60,164 bases of DNA from Patescibacteria group bacterium (GCA_021731295.1 JAKFXQ010000014.1:1-60164); one strand, 5' to 3'; positions 27,891 through 38,385 are shown, numbered from the stretch's first letter. The notes: generated by a model from the letters alone, not told the origin. Numbers and translations: made by a program.

Positions 27891-28262
27891 CTAGAGTGCG
27901 CCCTCAAGCGCATCGAGATCTGCTTCAATTTCAGCCTCGAGTGCGTTCATGTCTGCACCGATATCGGCCTCAATAGCGGAGACATCATCAGTAGGGGTAG
28001 GTGCTGGCTCTGGCTCATCGCCGAGAATGAGCGGGAGTTCTTCCTGCAGAGCTTGCTGCTGGAGCTGCATGCCGTAGAAGTAGACACCGCCGACAATCAT
28101 GAGGCCAAGGATGATGGCAATGCCAATCATCGGACCCATGCCGCCATGCGGCTGTGCGGCCTCCGGTTGTGGTGTTGGAGTTACTGGTGAGGTGCTTGGC
28201 GTTTGTGTTTCGTCCATACGATGAATGTGTGATGAGTAATGGTTATTCTGATTCAGGTTCAT
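27891..28262 (-). CDS. Hypothetical single-pass membrane protein
   Basis: 123 aa. Pro/Thr-rich N-part, TM helix MIGIAIILGLMIVGGVYFY, acidic C-tail. Confidence 0.5.
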   Translation of the reverse strand: MNLNQNNHYSSHIHRMDETQTPSTSPVTPTPQPEAAQPHGGMGPMIGIAIILGLMIVGGVYFYGMQLQQQALQEELPLILGDEPEPAPTPTDDVSAIEADIGADMNALEAEIEADLDALEGAL

Positions 28263-29181
28263 CGGACTCCTCCTCTGCGTCGTCTTCTACCTCCGTCTCG
28301 TCCTCAGGCGTCGCGTCTGTGTCATCGGAATCATCGGGCGGTGACGCGAGACCTTTCAGTGACTGCAATGCTTCGCGGAGCGCCTGATGCGCGGTCTTCA
28401 CTGCGTCAACCGCAGTGGTGACTGCCTCGCGCACGGAACCCATCTCATCGCGCGGGGTTTCTGAAGCAGCGGCTGCTTCGAGCGCGCTTTGTGCATCAGC
28501 AATTGCCGTTGCGGCAGCGTCCATGGCGGCTCCGGCGGTAGCAGTCGCAACTTCCGCGGCGGCAGTGTCGACGCCGGATTCCTGCAATGTAACGATGCGC
28601 GAGTCTATGCGGGAGAGCAGCGACTCGAAGTCATCAAGAGCATTTAAGAGTCTGCGCAAGACGTTCCGTGCGTATTCGCCAGCGAGATTCTGCGCTTCTT
28701 CACGAACACCTTCGCGACGTGTCTTGAAATCGATACGCATGGTCTCGGCATCCGACTTGATACGCTCGCGGAATTCAAGACGTGTCGCGTGTGCGGTTTC
28801 GATAAGGGCTCGGCGTTCTTCCGGAGACGATGCCGAAGTAATCTGCGCTTTGAACGACTCTTGGAGCGCGCGGCGCTCCTCTATGGTCGCCTTTGTAAAC
28901 TCCTGGCGCTCCATTCGGATTCCTTTGTTTGTCTCTAGTGCCTTCTGTTTGATGAGGATGGCGTCCTGCTTCGTTTCTTTTCGCATCTCAAGCGCATCCG
29001 TCCGATTTTCGCGGACCTCTTGTTTAATCTCCTGAATCTTCTGCTTCTGAATTTCTGCATTTTCTCTGAGTGCACGCAGAGGCGTTTTTCCCGGAGGCGC
29101 CATTCCCGGGACAGGTTCCTGAGCATGTGCTGCGGGCGCAAGGAGGAGTAGTGCTAACGTGAGAACGAATAGTTTCTTCAT
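28243..29181 (-). CDS. Secreted helical/coiled-coil hypothetical protein
   Basis: ORF trimmed to MKKLFVLTLALLLLAPAAHAQEP (signal peptide). Long charged helical repeats and an acidic C-terminus. Confidence 0.6.
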   Translation of the reverse strand: MKKLFVLTLALLLLAPAAHAQEPVPGMAPPGKTPLRALRENAEIQKQKIQEIKQEVRENRTDALEMRKETKQDAILIKQKALETNKGIRMERQEFTKATIEERRALQESFKAQITSASSPEERRALIETAHATRLEFRERIKSDAETMRIDFKTRREGVREEAQNLAGEYARNVLRRLLNALDDFESLLSRIDSRIVTLQESGVDTAAAEVATATAGAAMDAAATAIADAQSALEAAAASETPRDEMGSVREAVTTAVDAVKTAHQALREALQSLKGLASPPDDSDDTDATPEDETEVEDDAEEESDEPESE

Positions 29182-29200
29182 AGATGTAGCGATAGAGTAA

Positions 29201-29245
29201 CCGCATACACAATACCACGTGCCCCAGGGGGCACGTGGTATGCGG
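29201..29245 (-). terminator. Long hairpin downstream of ppa
   Basis: CCGCATAC(ACAA)TACCACGTGCCCC / GGGGCACGTGGTATGCGG inverted repeat. Confidence 0.65.
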
Positions 29246-29261
29246 GTTGTCCACATTCGTT

Positions 29262-29804
29262 CTACGCGTGCGTTTTCTTGTACTCCTCGTACAGTTTCAC
29301 TGAGCGCTCAATGGCGGCCATTGCATCTTTCTTGCCCTTGAAGCCATGTACCGTGATTGGCGCGGGCTTTCCTTTCAAAATTTTGTACGTCTCAAAGAAG
29401 TGCTGAATTTCCTTAATGGTGTGGGAGTTTATCTGCGCGACGTCATTCACATCGTCCCAGCGCTTATCGTCCACGGGAACACCGATGATCTTAAAGTCAG
29501 ACTCGCCGCTATCGGTCATTTCCATCACGGCAACAGGGCGCACGGTGACGAGGATGCCTGGGGCGAGCGGGAAGGTTGTGAGGACCATGACATCGAGCGC
29601 ATCGTTGTCGTCCCAAAATGTCTGCGGGGCGAAGCCGTAATCTACCGGATATGGCGCAGACGAGTAGTTCGCGCGATCGAGCCGAATGAGGCCCGTCTCC
29701 TTGTCGATCTCGTACTTGTTGCTCGAGCCGCGAGGAATCTCGATAATAACGTTGATTTCTTCAGGAGATTCTTTGCCTAATGGGACATCGTGCCAGAGGT
29801 TCAT
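29262..29804 (-). CDS. ppa: Inorganic pyrophosphatase (family I)
   Basis: ORF trimmed to MNLWHDVPLG... IEIPRGSSNKYE, DALDVMVL. Confidence 0.93.
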   Translation of the reverse strand: MNLWHDVPLGKESPEEINVIIEIPRGSSNKYEIDKETGLIRLDRANYSSAPYPVDYGFAPQTFWDDNDALDVMVLTTFPLAPGILVTVRPVAVMEMTDSGESDFKIIGVPVDDKRWDDVNDVAQINSHTIKEIQHFFETYKILKGKPAPITVHGFKGKKDAMAAIERSVKLYEEYKKTHA

Positions 29805-29844
29805 AGAGCGTGCGTTAGCCGAATAAGTAGTACCGAGTGTACCA

Positions 29845-31017
29845 CTACTCCGTTGGCTCTGGTGACTCGGCAGTCTCTTCAACTGGGACATCCTGCTCGC
29901 GGACGGTTTCTGCGACTGCTTCACCCTTTGTGGAGCGGATGTCTATCTTCCAGCCAGTGAGACGGGCCGCAAGACGCACATTCTGGCCCCCGCGGCCGAT
30001 TGCGAGTGACTGCTGGTCTTCTGCAACGGTGACTGTCGCGCGGTTTTCCGCCTCATCGAGGTCAATTTCGAGGACTTGTGCGGGCTTGAGGGCTTCCTTT
30101 ACGAAGTCCTTGGCCTGCTCGGACCATTCTACGACGTCTATCTTCTCGCCACCGAGTTCCGAGGTGACGACAGCGACACGGACACCGCGTTGGCCGACAA
30201 GGGAGCCGACAGGGTCAACATGCTCGTCCTTCGAAAAGACGGCAATCTTGGCTCGGCTACCCGGTTCGCGCACAACGCCCTTCGCTTCGACTATATTTTG
30301 AGCCATTTCTGGGACTTCCGTCTCGAAAAGCTTCACGAGGAACTTTGGATGAGAACGGGACAGGCGAATGAAGGTGCCGCGGACACCCTCGTCTACACGC
30401 AGGAGAAGGGCACGAACACGCTCGCCCTGACGGTAGCGCTCGCCCGGAATCTGTTCTTCGTAGGGGAGAATGGCCGTCGCACGACCGAGGTCGATAAAGA
30501 GGTTGCCACGCTCGAAACGCTGGACATGGCCCGTTACAATCTCGCCCTCGCGTTCGCCGTATTCGGAGATGATGGAGGTGCGCTCCGCCTCGCGGATTTT
30601 CTGCATGATGACCTGTTTCGCCGCCTGAGCAGCAATACGGCCAAATTCCTCGCGGGTCTCAAGAGGGAAGGAGATTTCCTCGTCGAGGGCCGCATCCTTC
30701 TTTATGCGCTGAGCATCCCCGAGCATGATGTGCTGCTCTGGATTGAAGCGGGAGCGGTGGTCGTCATCGCCTGCCTCCTCGTCCTCGGCACGTACCAAGG
30801 AGCCGTCCACAACGATTTTCGCCTGGCGGAACTCAAGGTCGCCGGTTTCTGGATTGAAGGTTGCACGAATGATTTGCCCGCGCTTTCCGTATTCGCGGCG
30901 GTATGCGGCAGCAAGTGCCGTTTCAAGGGCACCGACGACACTTTCACGAGAAACTCCCTTTTCCGCCTGGAGTTCGTCGAGTGCCGCGTTAAGTGCCTTG
31001 AGATCTAAGAGGGCCAT
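29845..31017 (-). CDS. nusA: Transcription termination/antitermination factor NusA
   Basis: ORF trimmed to MALLDLKALNAAL... S1 domain (GEIVTGHVQRFERGNLFIDLG) and two KH domains (VGQRGVRV, IGRGGQNVRLA). Confidence 0.93.
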   Translation of the reverse strand: MALLDLKALNAALDELQAEKGVSRESVVGALETALAAAYRREYGKRGQIIRATFNPETGDLEFRQAKIVVDGSLVRAEDEEAGDDDHRSRFNPEQHIMLGDAQRIKKDAALDEEISFPLETREEFGRIAAQAAKQVIMQKIREAERTSIISEYGEREGEIVTGHVQRFERGNLFIDLGRATAILPYEEQIPGERYRQGERVRALLLRVDEGVRGTFIRLSRSHPKFLVKLFETEVPEMAQNIVEAKGVVREPGSRAKIAVFSKDEHVDPVGSLVGQRGVRVAVVTSELGGEKIDVVEWSEQAKDFVKEALKPAQVLEIDLDEAENRATVTVAEDQQSLAIGRGGQNVRLAARLTGWKIDIRSTKGEAVAETVREQDVPVEETAESPEPTE

Positions 31018-31200
31018 ATGGATTATGTTGTTATTCTTAAACAAAATTCCGGCGGGTGCCGGAACAGGTAAAGGCACTGTACCCGCCCTCGTTTGTCTTG
31101 TCAATCGCTGCATTCGCGACTGCTATACTACGGGCACGTGCGCTCCCCGTCTCGTACGGATTCATTTTGCGTATTGACTTTCGCACTTTGATTTTCTCTT

Positions 31201-32931
31201 ATGTATATAAATGACGCACAGTTGAAGACCTTTCTCGCAGACGCGAATCTGATTTCGCAGCGAGACTTCGAAGCTGCCGTCACGGAAGCACAAACACAGG
31301 GGAAGAACGTGGGCGACTTACTTATTGCACGCGGCCTTATTGGTGCGGACGAGTTGCGTCGCACCTACGCCTATATACTCGGTATTCCGTTTGTCTCTCT
31401 CGTGTCGTCGAAGATTCCGTACGACACTCTTTCTCTGATTCCAGAGCCAGTGGCTCGTCGCAATAACATTATTGCGTACGCGCACAGCGGGGAAGAGCTT
31501 GAGGTGGCCATGCTTGATACCGACGATTTGGCCGCTATCGACTTCATTAAGAAGAAGACGCACTTGAAAATTCAAGCACGCCTCACTGACGAAGCGTCCG
31601 TGAAAGCGGCACTGAAACAGTATCAGCAGGGACTCAAAGACAATCTCGGTGACGCTATTCGTCGCGAGACCGGCACTCTTGAAAATCAGGGCGCGAACGC
31701 TGATTTGAAGGAAATGGCCGAAGGTGTCTCCGCGGTGCGCATCGTTGACACGCTCTTGCGGCACGCGTCAACGCAGGGCGCTTCCGATATTCATATAGAG
31801 CCGTCGGACAACACACTGGTCATTCGCTATCGTATCGATGGCATTCTCCACGACGCAATGGAGTTGCCGAAGCACGCAACCCCAGCAATCACGGCGCGCG
31901 TGAAGGTTCTCGCAAATATGCGACTTGATGAACATCGGCTTCCGCAAGACGGTCGTTTTGGTGTCGAAGCTGGGGGAGAGAAAATATCGTTCCGCGTCTC
32001 GGTCTTGCCAACGTACTACGGCGAGAAAATTGTAATGCGCTTGCTACGCGACAATATATCCGGTTTTACGCTCGAAGGTTCTGGCTTTCACGGTCGCGGA
32101 CTCGAAATCATGCACGATGCAACGCGTCGCACGACGGGCATGATTCTCACCACGGGGCCGACGGGAAGCGGTAAGTCCACGACGCTCTATACGTTGCTCG
32201 ATTTGATGAATACGCCTGACGTGAACATCTCGACCATTGAAGACCCGATTGAATATCAGATGACCCGCATCAATCAGACGCAGGTGCGTCCTGAAATTGG
32301 GTTCACCTTTGCTTCGGGACTGCGCGCGTTGGTGCGCCAAGACCCGGACATCATCATGGTTGGTGAAATTCGCGACAAAGAGACAGCGAATCTTGCGGTA
32401 AATGCAGCGCTCACGGGCCATTTGGTCTTCTCAACTCTGCATACAAACTCTGCAGCGGGGGCCATAGCGCGCCTTGTAGACATGGGTGTTGAGCCGTTTC
32501 TCCTCGTCTCCACACTCCGTGTGATTATCGGTCAGCGCCTCGTGCGTAAACTCTGTAAGGACAAAGAGCAATACGAGCTTTCGCGCGACCAGCAGTCGCA
32601 ACTCGAACATTTGGTTGATGCCGGTGTCGTTCTCAAGAACCTCAAGGAAGAGAAAATTGTCCCACCGGAAGCAACATGGAAGAACGTGCCGTTCTACCGG
32701 CCGACGCCATCGGCAGAGTGTCCGGAAGGGTTCGCGGGCCGCGTCGGTATCTATGAAGTGATGCCCGTTACGGCCTCTATAAAGGAGCTGGTCATTCGGA
32801 ATGCAACCGGCGATGAAATTCACGAACAGGCGAGAAAGGAAGGCATGATGTCTATGGCCGAAGACGGTATTTTCAAGGCCGTACAGGGAATGACCACTAT
32901 AGAAGAAGTACTACGGGTCATCAGCGAATAG
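31201..32931 (+). CDS. pilB: Type IV pilus / type II secretion assembly ATPase (PilB/GspE family)
   Basis: 576 aa. T2SSE N-domain, Walker A GPTGSGKSTT, GEIRD, and the tetracysteine-region equivalent. Confidence 0.92.
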   Translation: MYINDAQLKTFLADANLISQRDFEAAVTEAQTQGKNVGDLLIARGLIGADELRRTYAYILGIPFVSLVSSKIPYDTLSLIPEPVARRNNIIAYAHSGEELEVAMLDTDDLAAIDFIKKKTHLKIQARLTDEASVKAALKQYQQGLKDNLGDAIRRETGTLENQGANADLKEMAEGVSAVRIVDTLLRHASTQGASDIHIEPSDNTLVIRYRIDGILHDAMELPKHATPAITARVKVLANMRLDEHRLPQDGRFGVEAGGEKISFRVSVLPTYYGEKIVMRLLRDNISGFTLEGSGFHGRGLEIMHDATRRTTGMILTTGPTGSGKSTTLYTLLDLMNTPDVNISTIEDPIEYQMTRINQTQVRPEIGFTFASGLRALVRQDPDIIMVGEIRDKETANLAVNAALTGHLVFSTLHTNSAAGAIARLVDMGVEPFLLVSTLRVIIGQRLVRKLCKDKEQYELSRDQQSQLEHLVDAGVVLKNLKEEKIVPPEATWKNVPFYRPTPSAECPEGFAGRVGIYEVMPVTASIKELVIRNATGDEIHEQARKEGMMSMAEDGIFKAVQGMTTIEEVLRVISE

Positions 32932-32932
32932 T

Positions 32933-34150
32933 ATGGCTAAATTCATCTACACTGCGGAGAAGAATGACGGCGAGGTCTATAAGGGAGTCGTTGAAGCGAA
33001 GGATAGGTACGAACTGTATGCGTTAGTACGTCGTGAGGGAGGGCGCATCATCTCGGTGAGCGAAGAGAAAACCGATAACGTACTCTCATTTACCTACTGG
33101 AACAATCTCCTGCGCACGGTTTCAGATTACGAGAAAATTCTTCTGGCGAGAAATCTTGGCGCAATGCTCTCTGCGGGCTTGCCGCTTTCACGTGCGCTTG
33201 CCGTTGAAGAGCGGCAGACGCGCAATCCACGACTCTCTGGCGTCATTTCACAGTTGGCGACCGATGTGCGCCGTGGCAGCACCTTGCACGACGCGCTCGC
33301 GGTTCACAATAAAGTATTCTCGCCACTATTCATCGCCATGGTGCGCGCCGGTGAAGAAGGCGGTGACCTTGCGAAGACACTCCTCGTGATAGCGGAGCAG
33401 ATGGAGCGCATGTATGGCTTGCGCAAGAAAGTGCAAGGCGCGCTCATCTATCCGGCAATCATTGTCGTCGCCATCGTTGGGATTGGGGTTCTCATGATGA
33501 CGCAGGTCGTGCCGACGTTGGCGCAGACGTTCGAAGAGATGGGTGCAGAACTGCCTGCCTCAACCCAGTTCATCATTGCGCTCAGTAACTTCCTTGTTGA
33601 ATACACGGTCGTTGCCATCGCAGGCGTGCTCGTCTTAGGAGGACTATTCTTTGCGGCACTGCGCACGCGCATGGGTATGCGCGCACGCGATATGTTCTTT
33701 TTGCGTCTTCCGGTCGTCGGGACGCTGGTGCGTGAGGTGAATGCGGCACGCACAGCACGTACACTCTCGTCGCTCCTTGCGGCCGGCGTTGATGTCTTGT
33801 CTGCCCTCGAAATTTGCGAAGACGTCATCCAGAACTTGTATTTCCGCGACGTCATCCGCGAAGCGCGCGCGAGTGTCGGCAAAGGTGAACAGCTTGCGGC
33901 GACCTTTGCGCGGTTCGAGCATCTGTACCCGCCGTTTGTCGGCGAAATGATTGCGGTCGGCGAAGAGACAGGGCAGATGACTGAAATGCTCAAGCGCATG
34001 TCCAGCTTCTACGAGGATGAAGTAGATCGAAAAACGAAAGACCTATCGACCATTATCGAGCCGCTCCTCATGGTGGTGATTGGCGGGGCCGTCGGCTTCT
34101 TCGCCATCTCCATGATCTCCCCGATATACCAGCTTTCAGAGAATATCTAG
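32933..34150 (+). CDS. pilC: Type IV pilus platform protein (PilC/GspF family)
   Basis: 405 aa. Duplicated GspF domain and three TM segments. Starts 2 nt after the pilB stop. Confidence 0.9.
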   Translation: MAKFIYTAEKNDGEVYKGVVEAKDRYELYALVRREGGRIISVSEEKTDNVLSFTYWNNLLRTVSDYEKILLARNLGAMLSAGLPLSRALAVEERQTRNPRLSGVISQLATDVRRGSTLHDALAVHNKVFSPLFIAMVRAGEEGGDLAKTLLVIAEQMERMYGLRKKVQGALIYPAIIVVAIVGIGVLMMTQVVPTLAQTFEEMGAELPASTQFIIALSNFLVEYTVVAIAGVLVLGGLFFAALRTRMGMRARDMFFLRLPVVGTLVREVNAARTARTLSSLLAAGVDVLSALEICEDVIQNLYFRDVIREARASVGKGEQLAATFARFEHLYPPFVGEMIAVGEETGQMTEMLKRMSSFYEDEVDRKTKDLSTIIEPLLMVVIGGAVGFFAISMISPIYQLSENI

Positions 34151-34201
34151 CGCGTGTTGAATTCTGCCTCGGCCGCGGGCCCAGCGCGTTAGAATGCTGG
34201 T

Positions 34202-35953
34202 ATGTATTCCCCTGCGTCGAAGGGAGCGACGCTTATAGACACGGTTGTTGCAACAGGACTTCTCCTGATAGTGTTCGTCGGTATTACTGCGGCGTTCAGG
34301 CTCTCCGTCGAAGTGGTCACCAACAATAAGGCGCGCGCAGGGGCCATTGCGCTCGCGAACGAGCGGCTCGAATTTGTACGCTCGCTCCCGTACGACTCCA
34401 TCGGTACCTCCGGTGGCATCCCTGCGGGGACACTGTTGCAAAGTGAAGACGTGACGCTTAATGGTATTCGATACGTGCGCCGCACGGTCGTCCTCTACGT
34501 TGATGACCCACGCGACGGCTCCGGCGGAGCGGATTCCAATGGAGTCACTGCCGATTTTAAGACAGTGAAAGCAGAGGTGTCGTGGTTTGCAAAAAATGGT
34601 GGCGTTCGGAAAGTTGTCTTGGTCACGCGCGTTTCCCCCATTGGTATTGAGCAAGCGGTTCCGGGAGGCACGCTGTCACTCGCAATCATTGATGCCGCGT
34701 CGCAGCCGGTCGTTGGGGCGCAGGTTCTCATCGTGAATACGCTGACGACCCCACCCATCAATACAACACTATTTTCGGACGAGGATGGCATGGTGATAAT
34801 ACCGGGTGCTCCAGAGAGTTCTGGCTACGAAATTACGGTGACGCGCGCAGGGTACACGACCGCGCGCACGTACGCCGCTGATGCGACGAACACAAACCCC
34901 TCACCGGGCCATCTCACTGTGGCGCTCAACCAGACGACATCGTCCACGTTTTCCATAGACGCAATAGCTACCAAAAACATCCGCACCTATACACCGATAG
35001 AAACACAGCAATGGTCAGACACGTTTAGTTCGGCCACAGAAATAGCAGAGCAATCAGGGGTGAACGTAACCAGCGGCTCCGTCTTCCTCGCGGGGGACCC
35101 AGGTGACTACACAACGGCCGGCACTGTGCGTTCGGTGGCAATTGCCTCGGCAACAGGCATTCGTGCGTGGACTGAGGCAGACTGGAGCGATACGCGGCCA
35201 GCCTCCACTGACGTTCGGTATCGCATCTACAGTGGGGATGGGACCGAGCTGGTTCCGGACGGGCAGCTACCCGGCAACTCGACAGGATTTTCAGTTCCAC
35301 CGATAGACCTCTCCGGAGTCTCGACATCGACCTACCAGGCACTTTCGCTGCACGCGTCACTCTCCACGGGAGACATAAACGAAACCCCCGCGCTGCACTC
35401 GTGGAACATTACGTACGACACAGGTCCAATACCACTACCCGACCTAGAATTTTCCGTGCGGGGCACGAAGACCATAGGCAGTGGCCCAGCGGGACAGATA
35501 CTCTTGTATTCGACGACGACTACCAGCGGGGCATCCGCCGGAGTGAATCTCGCAAATCTCGTATGGGACGCGTATACGATAACCGTGGCTCCGGCAACCG
35601 GATATGCAATTGCCTCAGTATGCTCGCCACAACCGCAAGGCCTTGCGCCGAATGAGTATCAAACGACGGACGTTATCGTGGCACCGCATACGCCGCACTC
35701 ACTTTTGGTAGACGTACGGAACAGTGGCGGGGCGTTGATTCCCGGTGCGTCTGTGCGCCTGTATCGCACGGGGACCGATGAGACCGAATCAACGGACGGT
35801 TGCGGACAAGTGTTCTTTAGTGGCATCGGAGAAGGAACGACTGGTGGGGGTGATGCCTACTCCATTACGGTGACGGCAGGCGGGTACACGACCTACAATG
35901 CATCAGACGTCTCCGTCTCTGGGGTTACGCGCCTATCGATACTTCTTGATTGA
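34202..35953 (+). CDS. Large pseudopilin-like protein with prepilin-type N-terminus
   Basis: 583 aa. N-terminal KG/ATLIDTVVATGLLLIVFV class-III signal-like motif (Asp at +5). Ig-like / CarboxypepD_reg-like segments (AQVLIVNT...DEDGMVIIPG; ASVRLYRTG...GQVFFSGI). Confidence 0.7.
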   Translation: MYSPASKGATLIDTVVATGLLLIVFVGITAAFRLSVEVVTNNKARAGAIALANERLEFVRSLPYDSIGTSGGIPAGTLLQSEDVTLNGIRYVRRTVVLYVDDPRDGSGGADSNGVTADFKTVKAEVSWFAKNGGVRKVVLVTRVSPIGIEQAVPGGTLSLAIIDAASQPVVGAQVLIVNTLTTPPINTTLFSDEDGMVIIPGAPESSGYEITVTRAGYTTARTYAADATNTNPSPGHLTVALNQTTSSTFSIDAIATKNIRTYTPIETQQWSDTFSSATEIAEQSGVNVTSGSVFLAGDPGDYTTAGTVRSVAIASATGIRAWTEADWSDTRPASTDVRYRIYSGDGTELVPDGQLPGNSTGFSVPPIDLSGVSTSTYQALSLHASLSTGDINETPALHSWNITYDTGPIPLPDLEFSVRGTKTIGSGPAGQILLYSTTTTSGASAGVNLANLVWDAYTITVAPATGYAIASVCSPQPQGLAPNEYQTTDVIVAPHTPHSLLVDVRNSGGALIPGASVRLYRTGTDETESTDGCGQVFFSGIGEGTTGGGDAYSITVTAGGYTTYNASDVSVSGVTRLSILLD

Positions 35954-36549
35954 GTATGAGACACCTTGCAACATCACGCGGCATGACGGCACTCGAGGCG
36001 CTCGTATCTGTTGCCGTGTTTATCTTCGCCATGGGGGCCATCGTCTCCTCGGTCCAGTATTTCTATCGCACCAATACGTATGCAGTGCAGCAGTCGAGTG
36101 CCGTTACGTCGGCACAGCGTGGCATAGATTCGATGGTGAAAACGATGCGTGAAGCCGCGTATGCATCCAATGGCGCGTATCCCGTCGTAGCGATAGGTCC
36201 CAACGATATTACTTTTTACGCGGATATAGATGATGACGTGTCGGTCGAGCGTGTGCGCTACTACGTATCCGGCACGTCTCTCCTGCGCGAAGTAACGCAT
36301 CCAGCCGGTGACCCACCCGTCTACGGCGCAGCGCAAACATCCTCGGTCGTTTCAGAAACCGTGCGCAATCTCGACCAGGGCGTCACCACGTTCCGCTACT
36401 ATGATATGAATGGCGGCCTCATCGTTGATTATTCGCGCATCGCGTATGTGCGTTTCATCGAGATGAACGTTGTCGTCAATGTCGATCCGGGGAAATTACC
36501 GAACCAGCTTATTTTGCGCTCGACGGCAGCGCTACGAAACCTTAAGTGA
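35950..36549 (+). CDS. Pseudopilin with prepilin-type N-terminal cleavage/methylation motif
   Basis: 199 aa. SRG/MTALEALVSVAVFIF (Gly-1, Glu+5). Overlaps the previous stop by 4 nt. Confidence 0.75.
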   Translation: MSMRHLATSRGMTALEALVSVAVFIFAMGAIVSSVQYFYRTNTYAVQQSSAVTSAQRGIDSMVKTMREAAYASNGAYPVVAIGPNDITFYADIDDDVSVERVRYYVSGTSLLREVTHPAGDPPVYGAAQTSSVVSETVRNLDQGVTTFRYYDMNGGLIVDYSRIAYVRFIEMNVVVNVDPGKLPNQLILRSTAALRNLK

Positions 36550-36550
36550 T

Positions 36551-38017
36551 ATGCACCACGAACGCGGCATCACCATCATGCTCGTCATTGCCTTTATGGG
36601 CATATTCACGTTGCTGCTCGGCTCCATCACGAGCTACACGTTTATGCAGGCCAAGTATGGTCGGGTGCTCCTTACGCGCGAACGAGCGCTCCAAATTGCA
36701 GAAGCAGGACTTGAGTACTATCGGTGGCATCTCGTGCACACACCGTCTGTTATGGAGGACGGCTCGAACTTCGAGAGCCCTGCGGTCTATGAAGTTGCAG
36801 ACCCAGAAGGCGGGAGACTCGGACAGGCAGACATTACGGCAACAATAAACACTGCCTGCAGCGTTCCGCAGTATGTCGACATCACCTCAACGGGAGTCTC
36901 CGACAGTGGTCCGCAGTTCACACGCACACTCCTGGCGCGCTACATGCGCCCGTCGGCCGCAGAATATTCACATGTCGTGAATCAGAACGTATGGGCGGGA
37001 TCCGACAGAAATATCACGGGACCGTATCATTCGAATGGGGGCGTACGCATGGACGGGACGAACAACTCTGACGTTTCCAGTTCGGTGCTGACGTGGATTT
37101 GTGACAGTACGTTCGGTTGTTCACCGACCAATAACACAGCGCCCGGTGTTTTTGGCGGTGGGTCGGGAAGTGCACTGTGGCAAACGGAACAGCCGCAAAT
37201 AAGTTTTGAACAAATGGCAGCAGAATTTTCGTCTCTGCGCACGTACGCGTATATACACGGCATGTTTCTGTCTGGGACGACCACGCGCGTAAATGGCGTA
37301 CAACAGGGAGGTTCGCACACTGCGGTAAACGCCAACGACCAGCGCGGATACCGGCTCGTCTTCAACAGCAATGGCAGTATCACGGTCTACCGAGTTTCGG
37401 GGACCACGTATGTGCGCGGCTACAACAACACGCTCGGGTGGCACAACGACTACAACATTGTCTCGTCGGAGTCTTCGCTCGGCACGTTCACGCCACCTGC
37501 TGACTGCGGACTGATATTCGTGAACGCGAAAGTGTGGATTGAAGGCACGGTATCAGGAAAGTACACGATTGTTGCGGCCGATACCGGTTCGTACGCACCG
37601 GATGTATTGCTCCGAAATAATCTCAACTACGCCACATTCGACGGCTCGACGGGACTCACCGTTATTGCCGAAGATTCTATTCAGATTCCGCTTACGTCGC
37701 CGGACGTAATGACGATTCGTGGCGTCTTCGTTGCGCAAGGAGGTTCCTTTGGACGAAACCACTACACGACGTCTGGAAGTAATGAAGTGCCCTCTTCGTA
37801 TGACTCATACGTGCAGCAGTCCACATTGACGACGTTCGGTTCCGTCGTTTCGAATTTGCGCGTGGGCACGAAGTGGTTGTGTGGCTCTCCCGGCTCGTTC
37901 TGTTCAGGCTACAACAATCGCACCGACAACTACGACCGCATTCTCGCCTTCAATCCGCCGCCGTTTACGCCGGCAACGAGCTTGGACTATCGCATAGTGC
38001 TGTGGCGTGAGGAATGA
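36551..38017 (+). CDS. PilX-like pilus-associated protein
   Basis: ORF 36470..38017 trimmed to MHHERGITIMLVIAFMGIFTLLLG (ATG verified at 36551). PilX_N-like hydrophobic N-terminus without Glu+5. 488 aa. Confidence 0.65.
   Translation: MHHERGITIMLVIAFMGIFTLLLGSITSYTFMQAKYGRVLLTRERALQIAEAGLEYYRWHLVHTPSVMEDGSNFESPAVYEVADPEGGRLGQADITATINTACSVPQYVDITSTGVSDSGPQFTRTLLARYMRPSAAEYSHVVNQNVWAGSDRNITGPYHSNGGVRMDGTNNSDVSSSVLTWICDSTFGCSPTNNTAPGVFGGGSGSALWQTEQPQISFEQMAAEFSSLRTYAYIHGMFLSGTTTRVNGVQQGGSHTAVNANDQRGYRLVFNSNGSITVYRVSGTTYVRGYNNTLGWHNDYNIVSSESSLGTFTPPADCGLIFVNAKVWIEGTVSGKYTIVAADTGSYAPDVLLRNNLNYATFDGSTGLTVIAEDSIQIPLTSPDVMTIRGVFVAQGGSFGRNHYTTSGSNEVPSSYDSYVQQSTLTTFGSVVSNLRVGTKWLCGSPGSFCSGYNNRTDNYDRILAFNPPPFTPATSLDYRIVLWREE
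37951..38017 (+). repeat. Direct repeat copy A (functional 3' end of the PilX-like gene)
   Basis: The core 37961-38017 matches 38609-38665 at 51 of 57 positions (hand alignment). The shared CAATC extends the repeat to 67 nt. Confidence 0.85.
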
Positions 38018-38089
38018 CTTGCGCGCCATGGCTCGTGTAAGTATTCTCGTCATAGCGCTCATGCACAGGGCGCATACACGGAGGATGCG

Positions 38090-38347
38090 ATGGCAGGTCA
38101 GACAGAGACAGATCAGGCAGAGATATTGAAGGACTGGGAGACGTATCTCTCTCCGGCACAGCAGCAGCGGAAACGGGAGGGCGACTCCTGCGGGCACGCC
38201 CCACAGGTCGAATCGTACGACGGTTCGCCGTCTCTCACCTACGCGAGATGCTCGTGCGGGTGGGTTGGTGTCGCGAGATGTGACAGTCCAGCAGCATCGT
38301 TTGAACACTGGGGTGAACATTTCGCCAAAATGTCGGTCGTCAGCTGA
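38090..38347 (+). CDS. Small Cys-containing hypothetical protein inside the repeat-flanked cassette
   Basis: 85 aa. GGAGGA lies 4 nt upstream of the ATG, and a terminator hairpin follows at 38386-38407. Motifs CGH...CSCGW...C. Confidence 0.55.
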   Translation: MAGQTETDQAEILKDWETYLSPAQQQRKREGDSCGHAPQVESYDGSPSLTYARCSCGWVGVARCDSPAASFEHWGEHFAKMSVVS

Positions 38348-38385
38348 ACCGGATGGCCCGGGGCCCTATGGACACACGAATCTAA

